Source: Psilocybe cubensis (lineage: Eukaryota). Taken from it: a stretch of 64,000 bases of DNA. A program made the position numbers and the translations under genes. This document shows, piece by piece, positions 12,781 through 25,721 of this stretch. Within the stretch, counting starts at the first letter, position 1; the number at the start of each line of letters is the position of its first letter. The notes under the pieces were generated by a model. The model had not been told where the DNA came from and ran no database searches. It saw nothing but the letters and a program-made list of their open reading frames with translations. The stretch lies in assembly GCA_017499595.2 (NCBI GenBank), contig CM039004.1, positions 434,001 through 498,000 on the forward strand, written 5' to 3'.

Positions 12781-13762
12781 TGGCGCCGTGGTAAAAGATA
12801 AGTCTTCCAATCCAATCCACCTTGAACCGCAAAAAAAAAATATATCATTCGAGAATGTTCCATTTTGGAATATTCCTCCTAAATTTCTCCCCATTTTTGA
12901 CCCGATCTAAGGTTTACGTAATAAATTGTCTTTTAACTTGGCTCCGAGTCGACGCGACATGTTTGTTGCTTTGCTTTAAACTCCTTTGTTCAATCGTCTT
13001 AACAAGATAGTCCCACTCGGCAACAACTTATTACGCCCATAATTGTAGAGAAGACAATTATTCTTCAATAATCAGACTTTGACGTCCAGTCATTCGTCTC
13101 TCGATCGGCATTATCTCTGGAGTCAGTGAAGAAGGTGACAAGTCGACCCCGTTATTCAATATCCCAATGTACTTGTTCATTTACATTAGTGAGTCGTATT
13201 TCTGGCTCTCTGTAATGAGTATCAGCACATTTTAAACAGGTTTACATTCATTGTTCTAACGCTGTTGAGCCTCTAGATATCGGACAAACTGAAGACTGTA
13301 TGAGTGCAAATGCATGCAATGATCCCATTGTTTTAGACATAAGTGGACTCGAATCTACCACGCTCGAAAGATTTTGTGCCCAAATGCTATAGACTTTACG
13401 ATGAACGAGTCTCCGCAAACTGAACAACTGTAAGCACTGATCTATAAATACGCTAACTATGGCGACTTTGAGCATTCGGGTGCAAAGGCACCGCACAATC
13501 CACATCCAATTATCAATGTCTAATTAAATGTATTATAGGAAACCTATTTCAATGGCCAAAAGATATCAAGATAGTCTGTTTTCCCATCTTCGCATGTCAC
13601 GGGTCCAGGCTCAGGACATCTTCAAACTAATTGGCGTTCTTTTCCCAGACATGCGGTCTAGCTGTACGACATGGATCCTTTTGATCAGTATATATACTAA
13701 ATCGTACAGCTTCATAAGGTCTATAAACCACATCGAAACTCTGCCCGCCACTCTGACTTTCG

Positions 13763-15113
13763 ATGTTTCGATTGGCCTACCCCACATTAATCCAGACCCG
13801 CTCGTCGATTCGACCACTTCTCCTTAGCACTAACCGCCCCATCGTCCGCCATTCATCTGCAGCATCGTCGGCAGAATCTACCCATGCTAACGGTATTGTA
13901 CCCGTTGCTGTAATCACCGGTGCATCCCGCGGGATAGGCCGTGCTATTGCGCTGCAGCTCGCCCGAGACGGGTACGACGTTGCACTCAACGACCTCCCCT
14001 CCAACCAAATGCAGCTGGAGGGCCTCAGCTCCGAGATAATTGAGCAGGTAGGCCGCCGGGCTCTGGTAATTCCTGGAGATGTGTCTGTTGAAGGTGATGT
14101 GAGGAGTTTGGTGGATGCGAGCACGAAGACTTTTGGAAGACTTGATGTTGTGAGTGGCCTGGAAAAGCAATGATAATGATATATTTGATACCACGTAGAT
14201 GGTAGCTAACGCAGGAATTGCTGTGATGGAACCACTACTTCAAAGTACGTCAGACAACAGCCAGCTCAACATCCCACATTCACAGATTGTTGATCATAAA
14301 TTTACAATCATCTCACAGATAAAATTGAAGATTGGGATAGAGTCATTGCCGTCAACCTTCGCGGGGTGTATCTCTGCTACAAATATGCCGCGCAGCAGAT
14401 GATCGAGCAAGGGCGTGGGGGTCGTATCATTGGCGCATCATCAGTCCTTGGCAAAGTCGGCAAGTCGTTTCATTTTCTCACTTCCATTTGGTGGAAAGAT
14501 ATTCAAGTGCTATAGCGTTGCAGGCATTCCCCTCCTTGGCGCCTACTCAGCTGCAAAGTCTGGCGTGCGCAGCTTAACCCAGACTGCAGGTGATTATGAT
14601 TATAAATTCTGTTCCATTTAAGCCGGCGCTGACGATGTGATTGTGCTCACTGTAGCCCAGGAATGGGCGCAATACGGTATCACCGTCAACGCGTACGCAC
14701 CAGGACCTGTGGAAACTGATATGCGTAAGCCACTTCCCTCTTTTATTACCCCTCAAGAAAAGCAACAAACTGCTGAAAACCTACATACAGTCAGAGGAAT
14801 CTCCTTGATTCCTGACGAAGTCATCCGCGAAGCCGCAGAGAGAGTACGTCTGACATGCTTTGACCAACTTGTCAAAATTCCAATCCTACCTCTATCTCTC
14901 TTCAGCGCATGACGAAAACGGATCTCGGATACCTGGGAACTCCAGAAGACATCGCTGGTCTAGTATCATTTTTGGCTTCAGAAAAGGGACGCTTTATCAC
15001 AGGTCAAGCCGTACGTCATTTCATTACTCACATTTTCATACCTCGAGTCTCATCACTGCTATTCACATTTCCATTCACAGATTACGATTGATGGCGGAAT
15101 GATATATCACTGA
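13763..15113 (+). CDS. SDR, acetoin/diacetyl reductase-like (copy 6)
   Basis: VAVITGASRGIG, MVANAGIA, AYSAAK, ends ITIDGGMIYH*; GC-AG intron starting at 14460. Confidence 0.92.
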
Positions 15114-16024
15114 TTCTGCCACGTAAAACTAATTCATTTGAATCCAAGCTGAAGAGACGGATTTGTATGTAGCTAGTTCCAACGAATTATATTTATTATC
15201 ATACGGACCGATAGATTTACAGGCAATGAGCACAGCGAAAGCGCACACGACCATCGTTTTATGCATGGGAAGCTCCTTCGAGACCCGCCCCGCTTTAGGA
15301 CGCGCCAGGTAGTGAGGACGCGTCAGACTTACGTTTTCGATCGTCCTGATTACCTAGCAGTACACGCTCGTGGCTCAATCAATGATTCATTACGGTGTCC
15401 CTTGTATCAGCACGATGTATTCGATAGCCCGAGAAACACAAATGAGATTTCAATCACTTCCGAAAACATAATAAAACCAGCCTGATTGCCTCTAGAACAA
15501 TAGGGAAATATTTGTAGTTAATGGTGCTTCTCACAGCTCTATGGGTACACTGATCCCCGCTTGACATTCCATGGAAAAATTATTTGTACACTGGGCTAGT
15601 CTGGATCGTTTACAGATGTCATCAGATTCAGATTACAATAAAATGCACCATGCACTTTGGTTGCCCACAAACGGAGGAGAATAATAAACCTTATTTACAG
15701 TGAACAAGGGACCTTCCCCGTGGGTAGTGGTAAATGAGTTGCAGGCTCAAAGTCTTCAGCGTTGGTTGTTCCAATAAAATAAAGTCAGGCTTCCGTTTTA
15801 CATCCTTAATTAACTGATACGAATTCAGTTAAAGGTTGATTAAAGATCTCTAAATGCTCAATTCTGCTGAGCCGACTTAGAGATGTCGATCAGTTCCGGT
15901 CACTGGGAAGCTTGCGGCGTGGATTCGATGGTATGGAACCCTCGCGTCTGTCTGCATATATAATCACGAGTATTATACCTGTATACAAGTATCCGCTAAA
16001 ACTTAGTTTGCCACATTACTTTCA

Positions 16025-17398
16025 ATGTTCCAAATTTTCCCCTCATTGGTCCGGCTTAGCGCCTCCATCAGACCGTGCCTCTATCGCTCAGGCCGCTACA
16101 ATGTCCCTCAATTCGCAACGGTAGCATCGTATGAGTCCACAGGTCATGCAGGGAGCGTATCACCCGTCGCTGTGGTCACAGGCGCATCCCGTGGGATAGG
16201 CCGCGCCATCGCGCTTCAGCTCGCCCGAGACGGGTACGACGTCGCACTCAACGACCTGCCCTCCAACAAAATTCAGTTGGAGGGACTCAGCTCCGAGATC
16301 AATGAACAGACTGGCCAGCGAACACTCGTTCTTCCAGGAGATGTCTCTGTCGAAGATGACGTGAAAGGTTTAGTGGAGGCCAGCACGAAGGATTTGGGTG
16401 GGGTCGATGTAGTAAGTGATTCAAAATGGCAATCATATTGGTAGCAGCTCACAGGAAGCCCATTTCTTTCATGAATTGTAGATGATCGCTAACGCAGGGG
16501 TTGCTTTATTGGAGCCATTACTCGAAAGTACGCCAAACACAAAGAAAACAAACATAACAAGTTGTTAAAATACTAACATGTACATGATAATGCTAACGTT
16601 AGGCAATATTGACAACTGGGACAGAGTCGTTGCTGTCAACCTTCGCGGGGTATTTCTCTGCTACAAGTACGCTGCACAGCAAATGGTCAAGCAAGGTCGC
16701 GGGGGGCGTATCATCGGTGCCTCATCAATACTGGGAAAACTCGGAAAGTCCTCCTTCGTTTCTTGCCTGAAGTAATGCGATTTTTGAACCTTTAAACTGG
16801 TGCAGGTAGACCATTCTGTGGAGCCTACTCGGCCACAAAATTTGCCGTGCGCAGCTTAACTCAGACTACAGGTATATATCGTTAAACTGTGGAGAGCTTA
16901 ATTTGATGAATTTTCCGGCACTGATGCAATATTGCGCACATTTTAGCGCAGGAGCTAGCACAGCATGGCATAACCGTCAACGCTTATGCACCGGGGCCTA
17001 TAGAAACAGACATGAGTGAGTGGATCTACTCTATTCGAAGCGCACCAAACTGTTTTCATGCATACCCACACACAGTAAGCGGCATCCCCATGATACCAGA
17101 TGAAGCAATCCGCCACACAATAGAGAGGGTACGTCTTTGATTACAATATTAACCAGCTATCTGATTCTGAATATACAATTCGCCTTCAGAACCTGACCAA
17201 GACAGACCTCGGATATGTTGGAAGCCCGCAAGACGTTGCCGGCCTGGTGTCATTTTTGGTATCAGATAAAGGGCGTTTTATTACTGGCCAAGCTGTATGT
17301 CATCTACAATTAAACTAATTTTTGCAGAGAGTTTTATTCTTCCTTTTTACTCTTCCTTTTTACAGATCACAATTGATGGTGGAATGATCTACCAATGA
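16025..17398 (+). CDS. SDR, acetoin/diacetyl reductase-like (copy 7)
   Basis: VAVVTGASRGIG, MIANAGV, AYSATK, ends ITIDGGMIYQ*; closely similar to copy 6; unusual splice donor near 16744. Confidence 0.88.
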
Positions 17399-17939
17399 CA
17401 GCACCACAAATCAAAGATAATAGCTCTCAGAGAAACATCTGTATAATACATATATGGATAAATATAAGAAACAATGTCATCTACAAGCAACATCAAACTT
17501 GAAGTGGATCCAAAAACTATTCTTTCCTCCACACCCCTGTCTTGAACTTATCGCGTCACCGACGCGTCGTAATCACGTTGTCAGAAATATGTCTCAATCA
17601 CGTGGACTCCTTAATTAAACTTAGGGGCGACGCGACGCGACGCGGAATCCTGAAAGACAACGATTTGAGATGAACATTTCGACAAATATATACAGCGTAT
17701 TTTGAGGGTTAAAATGTACATCACAGAAAATAAAGTAAGCCTATTTCTGGAAAAACATTTCCAGACTCATATGTGTCAAAGAAGAAAACAGAATAAAAAG
17801 GGAATGGGATTGAACAGTCAGAAAGGGGGGACATCCGGTTGGTCAATGAGTCTGCATTGCCTTCTGCACCTATAATCCCAACCAAAGCTCCTAATTGCTT
17901 TATGATGTCTTCCAAGAAGCAAGAGGACGGCCAAAGACA

Positions 17940-20286
17940 TTACACTTCTTGACGCTCCTTCTCCTCAAATTGCATAACGGATGAACTGGGCATCTATCAT
18001 GTAAGAAAATTGAAGAGAGGATATCAAAAAGTCAGCGCTTTACAGACCATTTGTGCATTATCTTGTGGATGCCAACCCTCACCTCTGCTTTCTCGAGGTC
18101 ACTGGTATCCGGGCCTCGATCCGAATCGTGGTCGGTGGCAAATTCTTTCGTGGTATCAATTTTGATTGATATGTTGGTAGGGCGCTAAAAGGTCAAATTG
18201 TTACTTCAACTAACTCCAAATTCATGGAGAGAGCGTACCCGTGCAGCAAGAGGAACATTGCGCATGGAGAAACTAAGATTTTCGCTGGTGCTGTTGATGA
18301 CTTCACCGGCGTCACGGATCTTTCGGCGCGCGTTCAGAGTTGCGAGAAGAGAGTTGGTGTATACTGGGAAATGAATGGCGAGTAAGTCCGTGAGCAGCAT
18401 ATCTCGGCGATATCGGAGAGCGAAGCAAAACACCCACATCGACCGATACAGAAGAAAAATGCGATATAAATGAATGTGTTTCCTGCAACTACAATCTGAT
18501 TGCCAAATAGAGGAATCAGTCGGTAGATGACTTTGACTGTGACTGAGAAGACAGCTGAGAAATACGTACTGATACAAGAGAGGCTACTGCACACAGGCTG
18601 AACGAAGGAGAAGATGATCACATCAGTCAGGTTGGTGCGTACGTAGCACGATAAGAACGAACCTCGTAAGCACACCCGTGTTGACCGAGAACAGGATCTA
18701 AAAAAATGCAAAGGTCCAAATATTAGGGGCTGTTTGAGAAGCAAGTTCGAAGTTACACACAAGCTTGTTGATCATCGTATCTGACCTGATAGATTACAAA
18801 GTACAAGGTTCATCAGAAGTCAACGTCTTTGAAAGCTGAACTGATAGCTGAAGCTGATTGGGTTTGGTACTTATGCACTCACCGTTTAAAGCCAGTGCGC
18901 GACTGGTGCAACAGTATACACAGTGTCGCCGCAATCAAAACATCCCCAGCAGCGGCGAGCGCGTTGACCAAGATCGAGAGATACTACACCGTAGACGAGT
19001 CACATACTAAACCATTGTTAGGAGGATGAGTTTACCTTTAGTTTCGCGAGCTGTTCGTAGGTTTTGAGGTGTAAGCTAAAACGTATGTAAGATATCTGTC
19101 AACCCAGATCGGACAGGTCAGACACTCACGACATTGCAGTGAAAGCTTCGGAAAGCAAGTCAGCAGGCGAGCAGTTCTCAAAAATGCCAGACTAACCAAT
19201 TACACATCCTGTAGAAGTACCAATGAGGCGTTAGCTTCCTATAGTGACCGGTATTAAACATTAAAGCACCCACCAAACTCTCCGAGAACAAGAGATACCT
19301 GTATTCCCGTGGCTCGTTAAGTGTATAACCAGTGAAAAAGGGAAGCATACGCACCACAGCACCGGTCAGGACTTTTTTTCGACGACTCACTAGATGAAAA
19401 CGTTCGACGGAGGACTTGACGGTGGAACACAAAGACGTACAGTGCCACACGCGTATGGCAAGGAAACTGCATCGGATCAAGTAAGAGGATAAACGGAAAT
19501 GGAAGTTTAATCAAGACCAATACCTTTGAACAAAGAACGCTGTTAAGCCCTGTGATCATGTCATCTTAGCGAGAAGAAAGGTTGGGAAAGAGGAGAAAAG
19601 ACTTACATTGAACACTACTTCGACCTGTAGCGCGGTCCGGAATCAATAAAGAGTCAGAATACACCGTGCACATGCTCACTAGGAGGCTCCTAAAGTCGTA
19701 AAAGTAGAGATCAGCACACACAATACCCGTCCTCGACTAGATATTTACCAAACTATCTTGTCGAGTTCGTCTTGTTTTCCCCAATTAGAGATAGTGTACG
19801 AGTAGACTGATGGTTGTGAGTCGCATAGTTTGATTGAATTCATTCGATTCACCTGTATGGGCAATGAGGATTTCGTGAACAGTGTCGAATAAAATGACAG
19901 TGGCGACCTTGTGAATAATCTGTGAGTACAGTGATCTGACCTATTGACTGATTCAAATCATACCAATAGCTTGAGTCGCCACGAGTCTTTTTCGCAGTGC
20001 CCGTAGTAATACCACGTCTGTACGATGGAAACTAATGCCGATGATACGATGAGAAATTGATTCGTGTGGCTGGCTGGGACAGACCATACCTCCGTGAAGA
20101 CTAATAAATGGATTAAACAAGATCTCTGTGCAACTAACTAGAAGAATAAAAACGACTTACAGGGAGGCTAAGATTAAGCCTACAAAGGCCGCGCCGAGGC
20201 TATAGTATTGGAAATATCATGTTTAGTGTGCTGTGGGAGTACAAAGCCATCACGTACGTGCTATCGAGGGTGGGATATTCAGACAT
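17940..20286 (-). CDS. Multi-pass membrane protein, DUF6534-type (basidiomycete-expanded family), many short exons
   Basis: Starts MSEYPTLDST; hydrophobic exons; ALAAAGDVLIAATLC..LHQSRTGFK and the family-typical YTNSLLATLNARRKIR. Exon structure approximate. Confidence 0.8.
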
Positions 20287-22526
20287 CCCGGGAGAGAAAG
20301 AACGAAGTGTAAGAAAGTTAAGGAAAGTCTGCATAAAGATGGTCAATAAAAAGGGTATTGTTTGGTGCAACGCGCACTGAAAGGTAGGTGTCGCCTGTCC
20401 CCTCACGCGCAGGTGTTATATCCAAACTGAAGTACTCCAGAAAAGCTTAGAGAAAAACGGAGCTGGACGGCAACTCCCTCGAGCAAAAATTCTAATCCCT
20501 CTGGGAAAACTGATCTTCGAGAATTTGGAACCCTGCAAGGCGTGGTCACTTGCATGCGTGCGTGACCTCTATTCGCGCATGGTCGCCGCCACTGTTGCCA
20601 GTGGAGTGACCCTGAAGGATCCGCGAGTTGATGAGCCGATATCGAAGTTTATTCGAAGTACTAGTTTAATGAATTTTGATAGGTGGCCGTCACCCTCATA
20701 TTCAGGGCATAGTCCATTGGCATTTTGACCGGCCTGTACTACAATTGTTGTAATGCCGGCGTTTGTCGAAAGCAAAAAGGAATACGCATTATATTGCTCT
20801 CTATATGCCAACGCAAACTTGAAGGTACAATTCTTCACCGGGAAAGGGGGTTGATGTCGAGAATTCCGCGTCATATTTCGCTGTCAAATGCCATGGCATA
20901 CGGGTTACGTGAGAGACAGCGCGGGCGGAGAAACTAGTTCCTGCTTCTTCCTCTCACAAGCGTAGTAAAGCATCTTCAGTCTACAGTCTAGACAATCGAT
21001 GAGACAAAAGTACAAGTACTCACTTGTACATCTCCTATCATTATTTTCTGGACATCAGCGAAGGCGCTGATAAACAGGGTCGGGTCCGATATCGTATCAT
21101 GGCGCGTTCTCTGTATTGTTACTGAGCTGAACTGAAAAAATAGCCGCCCACGCCGTACTCATCCTCGGTCATTAATCGACAATCTACAGATGCCGATTAT
21201 TCGTCAGCCAATTCCAGGGTGCGTCCGCATCGTTCTCTCGTCTGGATGTTACATAAATAACCTATTATACAAAACCTAGAAGTCAAAGGGATGTGGCATT
21301 AGCGAAGCTACTAGTATATTTTTTGGCGTTGACTGCAACACAGACATTTCCATATGTCGAACAACCATTGCATCTGACACCTGGTGTTCATATAGTTTCC
21401 ACCCCTGAATCACGTCGGGCAAGCACTGGAAGACCGGTCCCACACTCACCGTGGTCAAGTTGTCCTTACACACCCAAAGTAGATCGATAAGATGATAAGG
21501 TTGAGAAGGCCCAAAGATCGACGTGATTTTTTCATGGACGACCAACTTGACTGTGGTACTAGTCTAACCATGATATCATCTTCTTGTCTGCGGTGATTTT
21601 CTGACCAGCATTCATGTTTTGAATGCCCTAGGAGATGGAAAACAGTTGAAAAACGTGCAAGTTCCGCTGTGCAGTTGTGTCTTTAGGTTTAAAGGCGCAA
21701 ACCTCAGAATTTTCATAGCGTGAGATACTTTGAAGACTTCCTTGGCCTCCGCTGGCCTCCGTTCTGCTCTTACTGGTAGGTGTGTGGTTTGTCACTGGTG
21801 ACCATTTCCAGGAGATATAAATGACTTAGAAAGGGCAGACAACTCCGTAAATTTATTCAATCTTACAACTTGAGGGTCAGCTATATACAATTGTTCAGAT
21901 TCTTTACTCCGAAAATGCGCATACACTCAATAGCCAGAAACTGCGCTCGGGCCAGATCGATCTCTGTGACGCTAGTGACTACTGTGACTCGGAGAGTAAC
22001 AGCAGTTCCGTAGCGGCACACGGAAAAGGTTTCGAAAGGAAGCTTAGAGGTCGAATGACAGGTTAAAATACTCTGTATTCGATGCTGGTTTTCTAGCTAC
22101 TACATAGCTGCTTTTATACTGTAAAAGACAAGGTGTCCAAAAGAAGTAGACAAAGAGGGTTAATTGGGAAACACATGAAGGTGGAGTACAAGTCAGTTTC
22201 AAGGGGAATAGAATGAAGGAATAGGAACATAGAATGCAGAAAATGAGGTAAAGGAGTGTGTGTATCGGGTGGACGGAATGAAGGTGAAGTCCACAGAACA
22301 GAAATTAATGATTATCGGGGTGTGGGAAACAGACCGGAACGTCACAATCTCGGTGGTTTTAAGTATTGATTCACCTGGATTTCGTTGAAAAGTTTATATT
22401 ACGAGGTTCTGAGAACTTCGTTCGAGGAGAAAGAATAAACATGGCAGCGCACCAAAGATTAAGGTACGTACATTGCAAAAACGACTAGGTTTTGATTCAG
22501 ACAATACTTGACATATTCACTGTGGC

Positions 22527-23726
22527 CTATGGCTGCCCAAGTGGGGAAATATTCCCCATAAACTTCTTTAGGTATTTTTCTTATTGCGTGAATCTGTAAC
22601 AAATATGTTGGAGGGTGGAAATACTTTTTGAGTGCGCAAATTGTTTTCTAGGTGAGCCATAAATATATTTGACTGCGCGGAAACATATTTTGGACATATT
22701 TTGCTAGCGCACGTAAATTTCTACTGCCTTCGATTACATTTAATGCATAAACACTGTGCGCGTAGATACATTTTGTGCCGCAAAGAAATCTTTCGATGCG
22801 CGGAAAACAATGTTCAATTGCACTATTTCTAGCCTAAAGTGACCAGCCGTTATGCCGAGATTATGAAAAATGATCAAAAATGGCACCTCGGCAAACGCAA
22901 ATTAGTTCAAGCTCCGACCGTTCTCTACAAAATAAATAGCTATTCTTTATTCATTACCACTTTATAGAGAAGTTTAACAGCTTCTGTAATAGTATATATG
23001 TGTTAAATACACACTACAGGTCACTTTGAGGACTCTCCATCAATAGTACAGCCTGTACGCCATTTAAGACAGCTCTGGCACTATGTAAAAACCACCGTGG
23101 GAAAGACATCAATCAGTACATCTGTGTGTGTTGTATGTGCATTGGCGCATCTGTAGAGTCAGGCATGGTTAAATACGATTAAAAAACAAATAAAGACGTT
23201 TATTCAACAATAATTAATGGGTACTAAGATATTGAGCACAGCTGCGATGTAGAAAGTGAAATATTAGCAATGACAAATGTGAAAGAGGATTAGTGACTGG
23301 TGCAAGCAAAGCGAAATTGAACAGTCGGAGATTGAACTCATTTACGTCTGCCGAAGTGCCATTTTGGATCATTTTACATAATCACGGCAACCGCGGCTGG
23401 CCACTTTGTCAAGAAATGGTCATTTCGAATAATGTTTTCCGCGCATTGAAAAGTTTGTTCAGCGCACAAGATATATTTACGCGCATGTAATTTACACGTT
23501 GAATATATTTTGGAGCAGAAATAATGCACCCGCACTTGCAAATTATGTCTGAAAATATGTTTTCGCGCAGCCAATTGTGTTCACGGAATCATCAAACTGG
23601 CCCAGAAAGCAATCTGCGCACCAAACAAATGTTTCCGCGCACAAATTTTTTTTTATTCTTGACGCACTTTTCAAAAATAAGGAAATTATATTTACTGGGA
23701 ATATTTCCCCACTTGGGCAGCCATAG
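22527..23726. mobile_element. Non-autonomous DNA transposon / foldback-like element with ~400 bp imperfect terminal inverted repeats
   Basis: ctatggctgcccaagtggggaaatattccc at 22527 is the reverse complement of gggaatatttccccacttgggcagccatag ending 23726; similarity continues inward to ~22925 / ~23320; flanks share tggc (or TA if the ends are drawn further in); no transposase ORF. Confidence 0.85.
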
Positions 23727-23944
23727 TGGCCAGCCATGACCATATTTTTTTAATATTCAATAGGTCCTCCTATCACAATTTAAAGACTTGCCCGACATCC
23801 TGCGATTCAGTCCTGGAAAAAGTCGGATGCATCGTCTAGCCCCTATTGTAAGCATGGTACTGCCCGGTACTCGGACTAACCTTAGAATTTATATATTGAT
23901 ACCATGCAAGCTGCATTCTCCACATTTCTCCTCTCTTGGCGACA

Positions 23945-25636
23945 ATGGCCGTGAGCTCCAGATTTTATGCAAACGATGTGCCAGAGTTTGGTCACAAAAT
24001 GCTCAAGTACTTTGCTTTGGACCCAGACTATATCAATCTGAACAACGGTGAGCCAGAGTGCTATCATTTGATAACTGCTGAATGATTTTCTAAGGATCAT
24101 ATGGGACGACACCCAAACCTGTGCAGTTGGCCGTCGATGAGCTAACTGAGAAAATCGAAGCGTGTCCTGACCTATTTCACAAATTTTCATACCTCCCCAT
24201 GCTCGTGGAGTCGCGGGCGCGAGTCGCATCTCTAATCGGTGCCAAAACCGACGAGGTTGTGTTCGTCGAAAACGCCTCCATGGGAATCAACACCATCTTG
24301 AGGAACTTTGAATGGGAAGAAGGGGACATGATCATATCCTGCGAGTTCCCTTATCACATGGCACCAGGACTTACTTCTCATTGTTTTTTACAGTTTCGAC
24401 GACATACAATGCTGTATCACGCACAATTCAGCATATTAGCGATGTCCTCCCGCATCCCACATCAAGCGTTATAAACCTCACATTCCCCACTACACACAAG
24501 GAAATCATCCAGCAATTCAGGACCCACCTTCGTAGTCACCCTGCGATGCCAGGCAGAAGACGCGTCGTTGTCATCGACAGCATCGTATCCAACCCTGGCG
24601 TCCTCCTCCCATGGAAAGAAATGGTCCAGATATGCAAAGAGGAACGCGCATGGAGCGTCGTGGATGCAGCGCATTCCATTGGACAGGAAGTGGGAATCGA
24701 CCTCACACAGTCTGCGCCGGATTTCTGGGTTTCGGTCTGCCGTCTACACTTCACTTCAGTGTCTTTTCGTTCTGACAAGAATGTTAGAATTGCCACAAGT
24801 GGCTCTTTGCCAAACGATCGTGTGCTGTTCTTTATGTGCCAGAGAGGTGAACACTGCATGACTATAATGGTAAAATATACCAATCCAATTCTTATTCTCA
24901 AGAAACCAGCACATCGTGAGGTCGGCAATACCCACTTCAGCTTTATATTCGAGCCCTCTCGAGCCCGTGCACTATGGGTTCGCCAAACAATTTGAATGTA
25001 AGTGATTATATGATACAGCTGCTAAAAGCTCTGACGTGGCATTGCAAGGGACTGGAACAATCGATTGGACACGATGCTTAACGGTGCCAGATGGTACGTG
25101 GAAACGCAAACTTTTAAATTTAATCTCACAGGTCTCAATAGCTCTTGATTTCCGAAAGTGGATGGGTGGTGAAGAGAAGATAAACGCGTATTGCCACGAT
25201 CTCGCAATAAACGGCGGAAAAATCCTCGCTCAAATATTCGGAACGAGTATGATGGACCCTGACGGGGAACTCACTTTAAACATGGTATGCAACCAACGCA
25301 GTCCAGCTCGCTAATGTTGACGATGCGACAAATACAGGTCAATGTGGAACTCCCTTTGTCAGGGAACATAACTGCACCACTTGGTGTCAAAATGCATGCT
25401 AGCCTTCTCCACAAAATGCTGGTCGAAAAGAAGGCATTCGCTGCACTATTTTACCACAACGGCAGGTGGTGGATACGTTGTAGTGCACAGGTCTGGAATG
25501 AGGTGAGCCTCATCAGTGGTCCGTGTGTTTTGGATTGATTAACATTTGTTTACAGTCGGAAGATTTTGAGAAAATTGGCAAGTTGTGGCTCCAAGCTTGC
25601 AAAGACGTGAAAGAAGAATTCCAACTGACCAGATAA
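23945..25636 (+). CDS. egt2: Class V PLP-dependent C-S lyase, hercynylcysteine sulfoxide lyase (Egt2)-like, copy A
   Basis: YINLNNGSYG, VIDSIVSNPGVLLPW, VVDAAHSIGQ, PDFWVSNCHKWL (PLP lysine), GTGTIDW, WWIRCSAQVWNE. Family is confident; exact orthology is inferred. Confidence 0.85.
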
Positions 25637-25721
25637 CCATTCCATGCTGAAATATCATTTTGTCCATATACTCTACATTTTATTACACTTCTTCTCTTAC
25701 AACGCAAAGTCTGTGTTCACC

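Noticed and set aside
17550-17645. Cluster of CGCG/ACGCGT motifs including (gcgac)n
   Set aside because: Lies between two convergent 3' ends, not a promoter; too short to support a function.
21293-21490. Short ORF with signal-peptide-like start (MALAKLLVYFLAL)
   Set aside because: Begins at GTG; the nearby ATG reads MWH*; no supportable exon chain or recognisable homology.
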